A DNA stretch of 64,000 nucleotides from Tubulanus polymorphus (lineage: Eukaryota > Animalia > Nemertea), in NCBI RefSeq assembly GCF_964204645.1, contig NC_134034.1, positions 6,670,914 to 6,734,913 of the forward strand, given 5' to 3'. Under the pieces are notes generated by a model, which saw only the letters and a program-made list of their open reading frames with translations, was not told where the DNA came from and did not search any database. The position numbers were made by a program, and so were the translations under genes. Below, in pieces: positions 63,273-64,000 of this stretch (position 1 is its first letter; each line of letters begins with the position of its first letter).

Positions 63273-64000
63273 TCATATATTTTTAATTTTACTTGATAAT
63301 ATCCATTCATTGAATTTATCTGGCCATCCAACCCATTTTACTAAAGAATATTTTTTTCTTTTAACAGTTTTTGTTTTTTATACTTTTTCAATTTTATATT
63401 CTTGTTCTAGATTTTTCAGTAGTTAGACTCAATTCTTCTTCATAAAAATACCCATAAACTTCTTCACCATCTAAATCTTCTAATTTATAGACATATGGTT
63501 TTGTTGTTATTACCTTTTTTATTTTATATATTTCTCTAGTAAAATTACGATCGTATCCTTTGTCAAATATCTTTTTATACTTAGAAATTCTAACATTTTG
63601 ACCAACTTTAAATTTAGGTTCACCAAAATCATCTACAAGAAATGCTCCATATAAATTATTCCAAACAATTTCAGCATTTTCAGGTTTTCTAGCATCAATA
63701 GGTCTCATTCCAATACAAGAATGATAAGAATTATTATATCCTTCTATCAATTTTGGTAAAACATCAATCCATTTTAAAGTATTATTTGCTGTAAAATATT
63801 TCCACATTCTTGTTCTTAATGTTCTATTAAATCGTTCAACAACTGCTGCTTTTTTATCCGATTTTGTTGAAAAATATTCAATATTATGATTATCTAAGAG
63901 TTCATGAACAAGTGAATTATCAAATTCTTTTCCATCATCAAATTGTATTTTTTCTGGTTTTAGTTTATCATCCGAAAGAAATTTTCTTAAAACATTTGAT
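63273..64000 (-). pseudogene. Retroviral-like (rve) integrase with C-terminal chromodomain, 5' part outside the window
   Basis: IQFDDGKEF, KAAVVERFNRTL, YNNSYH..IGMRP, FKVGQNVRISK, GYFYEEEL; after a frameshift LVKWVGWPDKFNEWI. Confidence 0.95.

Larger units (their letters stand above)
59636..64000. mobile_element. Polinton remnant D: small + strand genes and a - strand integrase/ATPase block, continuing past the window
   Basis: Integrase, ATPase and the shared start cassettes. Confidence 0.88.

Overview
AT-rich animal (probably invertebrate) genomic DNA made up almost entirely of nested, mostly decayed mobile elements. Family assignments come from motif recognition by eye; no database search was run. 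In order: a spliced hAT transposon (1-3012) abutting a DIRS-type tyrosine-recombinase retrotransposon (3013-8846); four remnants of Polinton/adintovirus-like endogenous dsDNA viruses (about 8.85-11.2, 21.3-24.3, 49.9-57.9 and 59.6-64 kb) that together carry pPolB, major and minor capsid, packaging ATPase, integrase-chromodomain and small ORFs; two inverted Helentron-type (HINE) satellite-bearing elements bracketing an intron-containing SGNH-hydrolase fragment; a FLYWCH-MULE transposon; an RT-bearing LINE; many MITEs; one intact orphan 221-aa ORF; and a gene with tandemly amplified 48-nt exons. The most striking signal is a fixed cassette of about 20 nt, (TA)A-T6-9-N4-6-ATAAATG, at the start of about ten Polinton genes across all four remnants. 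It resembles poxvirus/asfarvirus terminator plus late-initiator signals. The inference is that these elements may be transcribed by a cytoplasmic giant-virus helper, like virophages.
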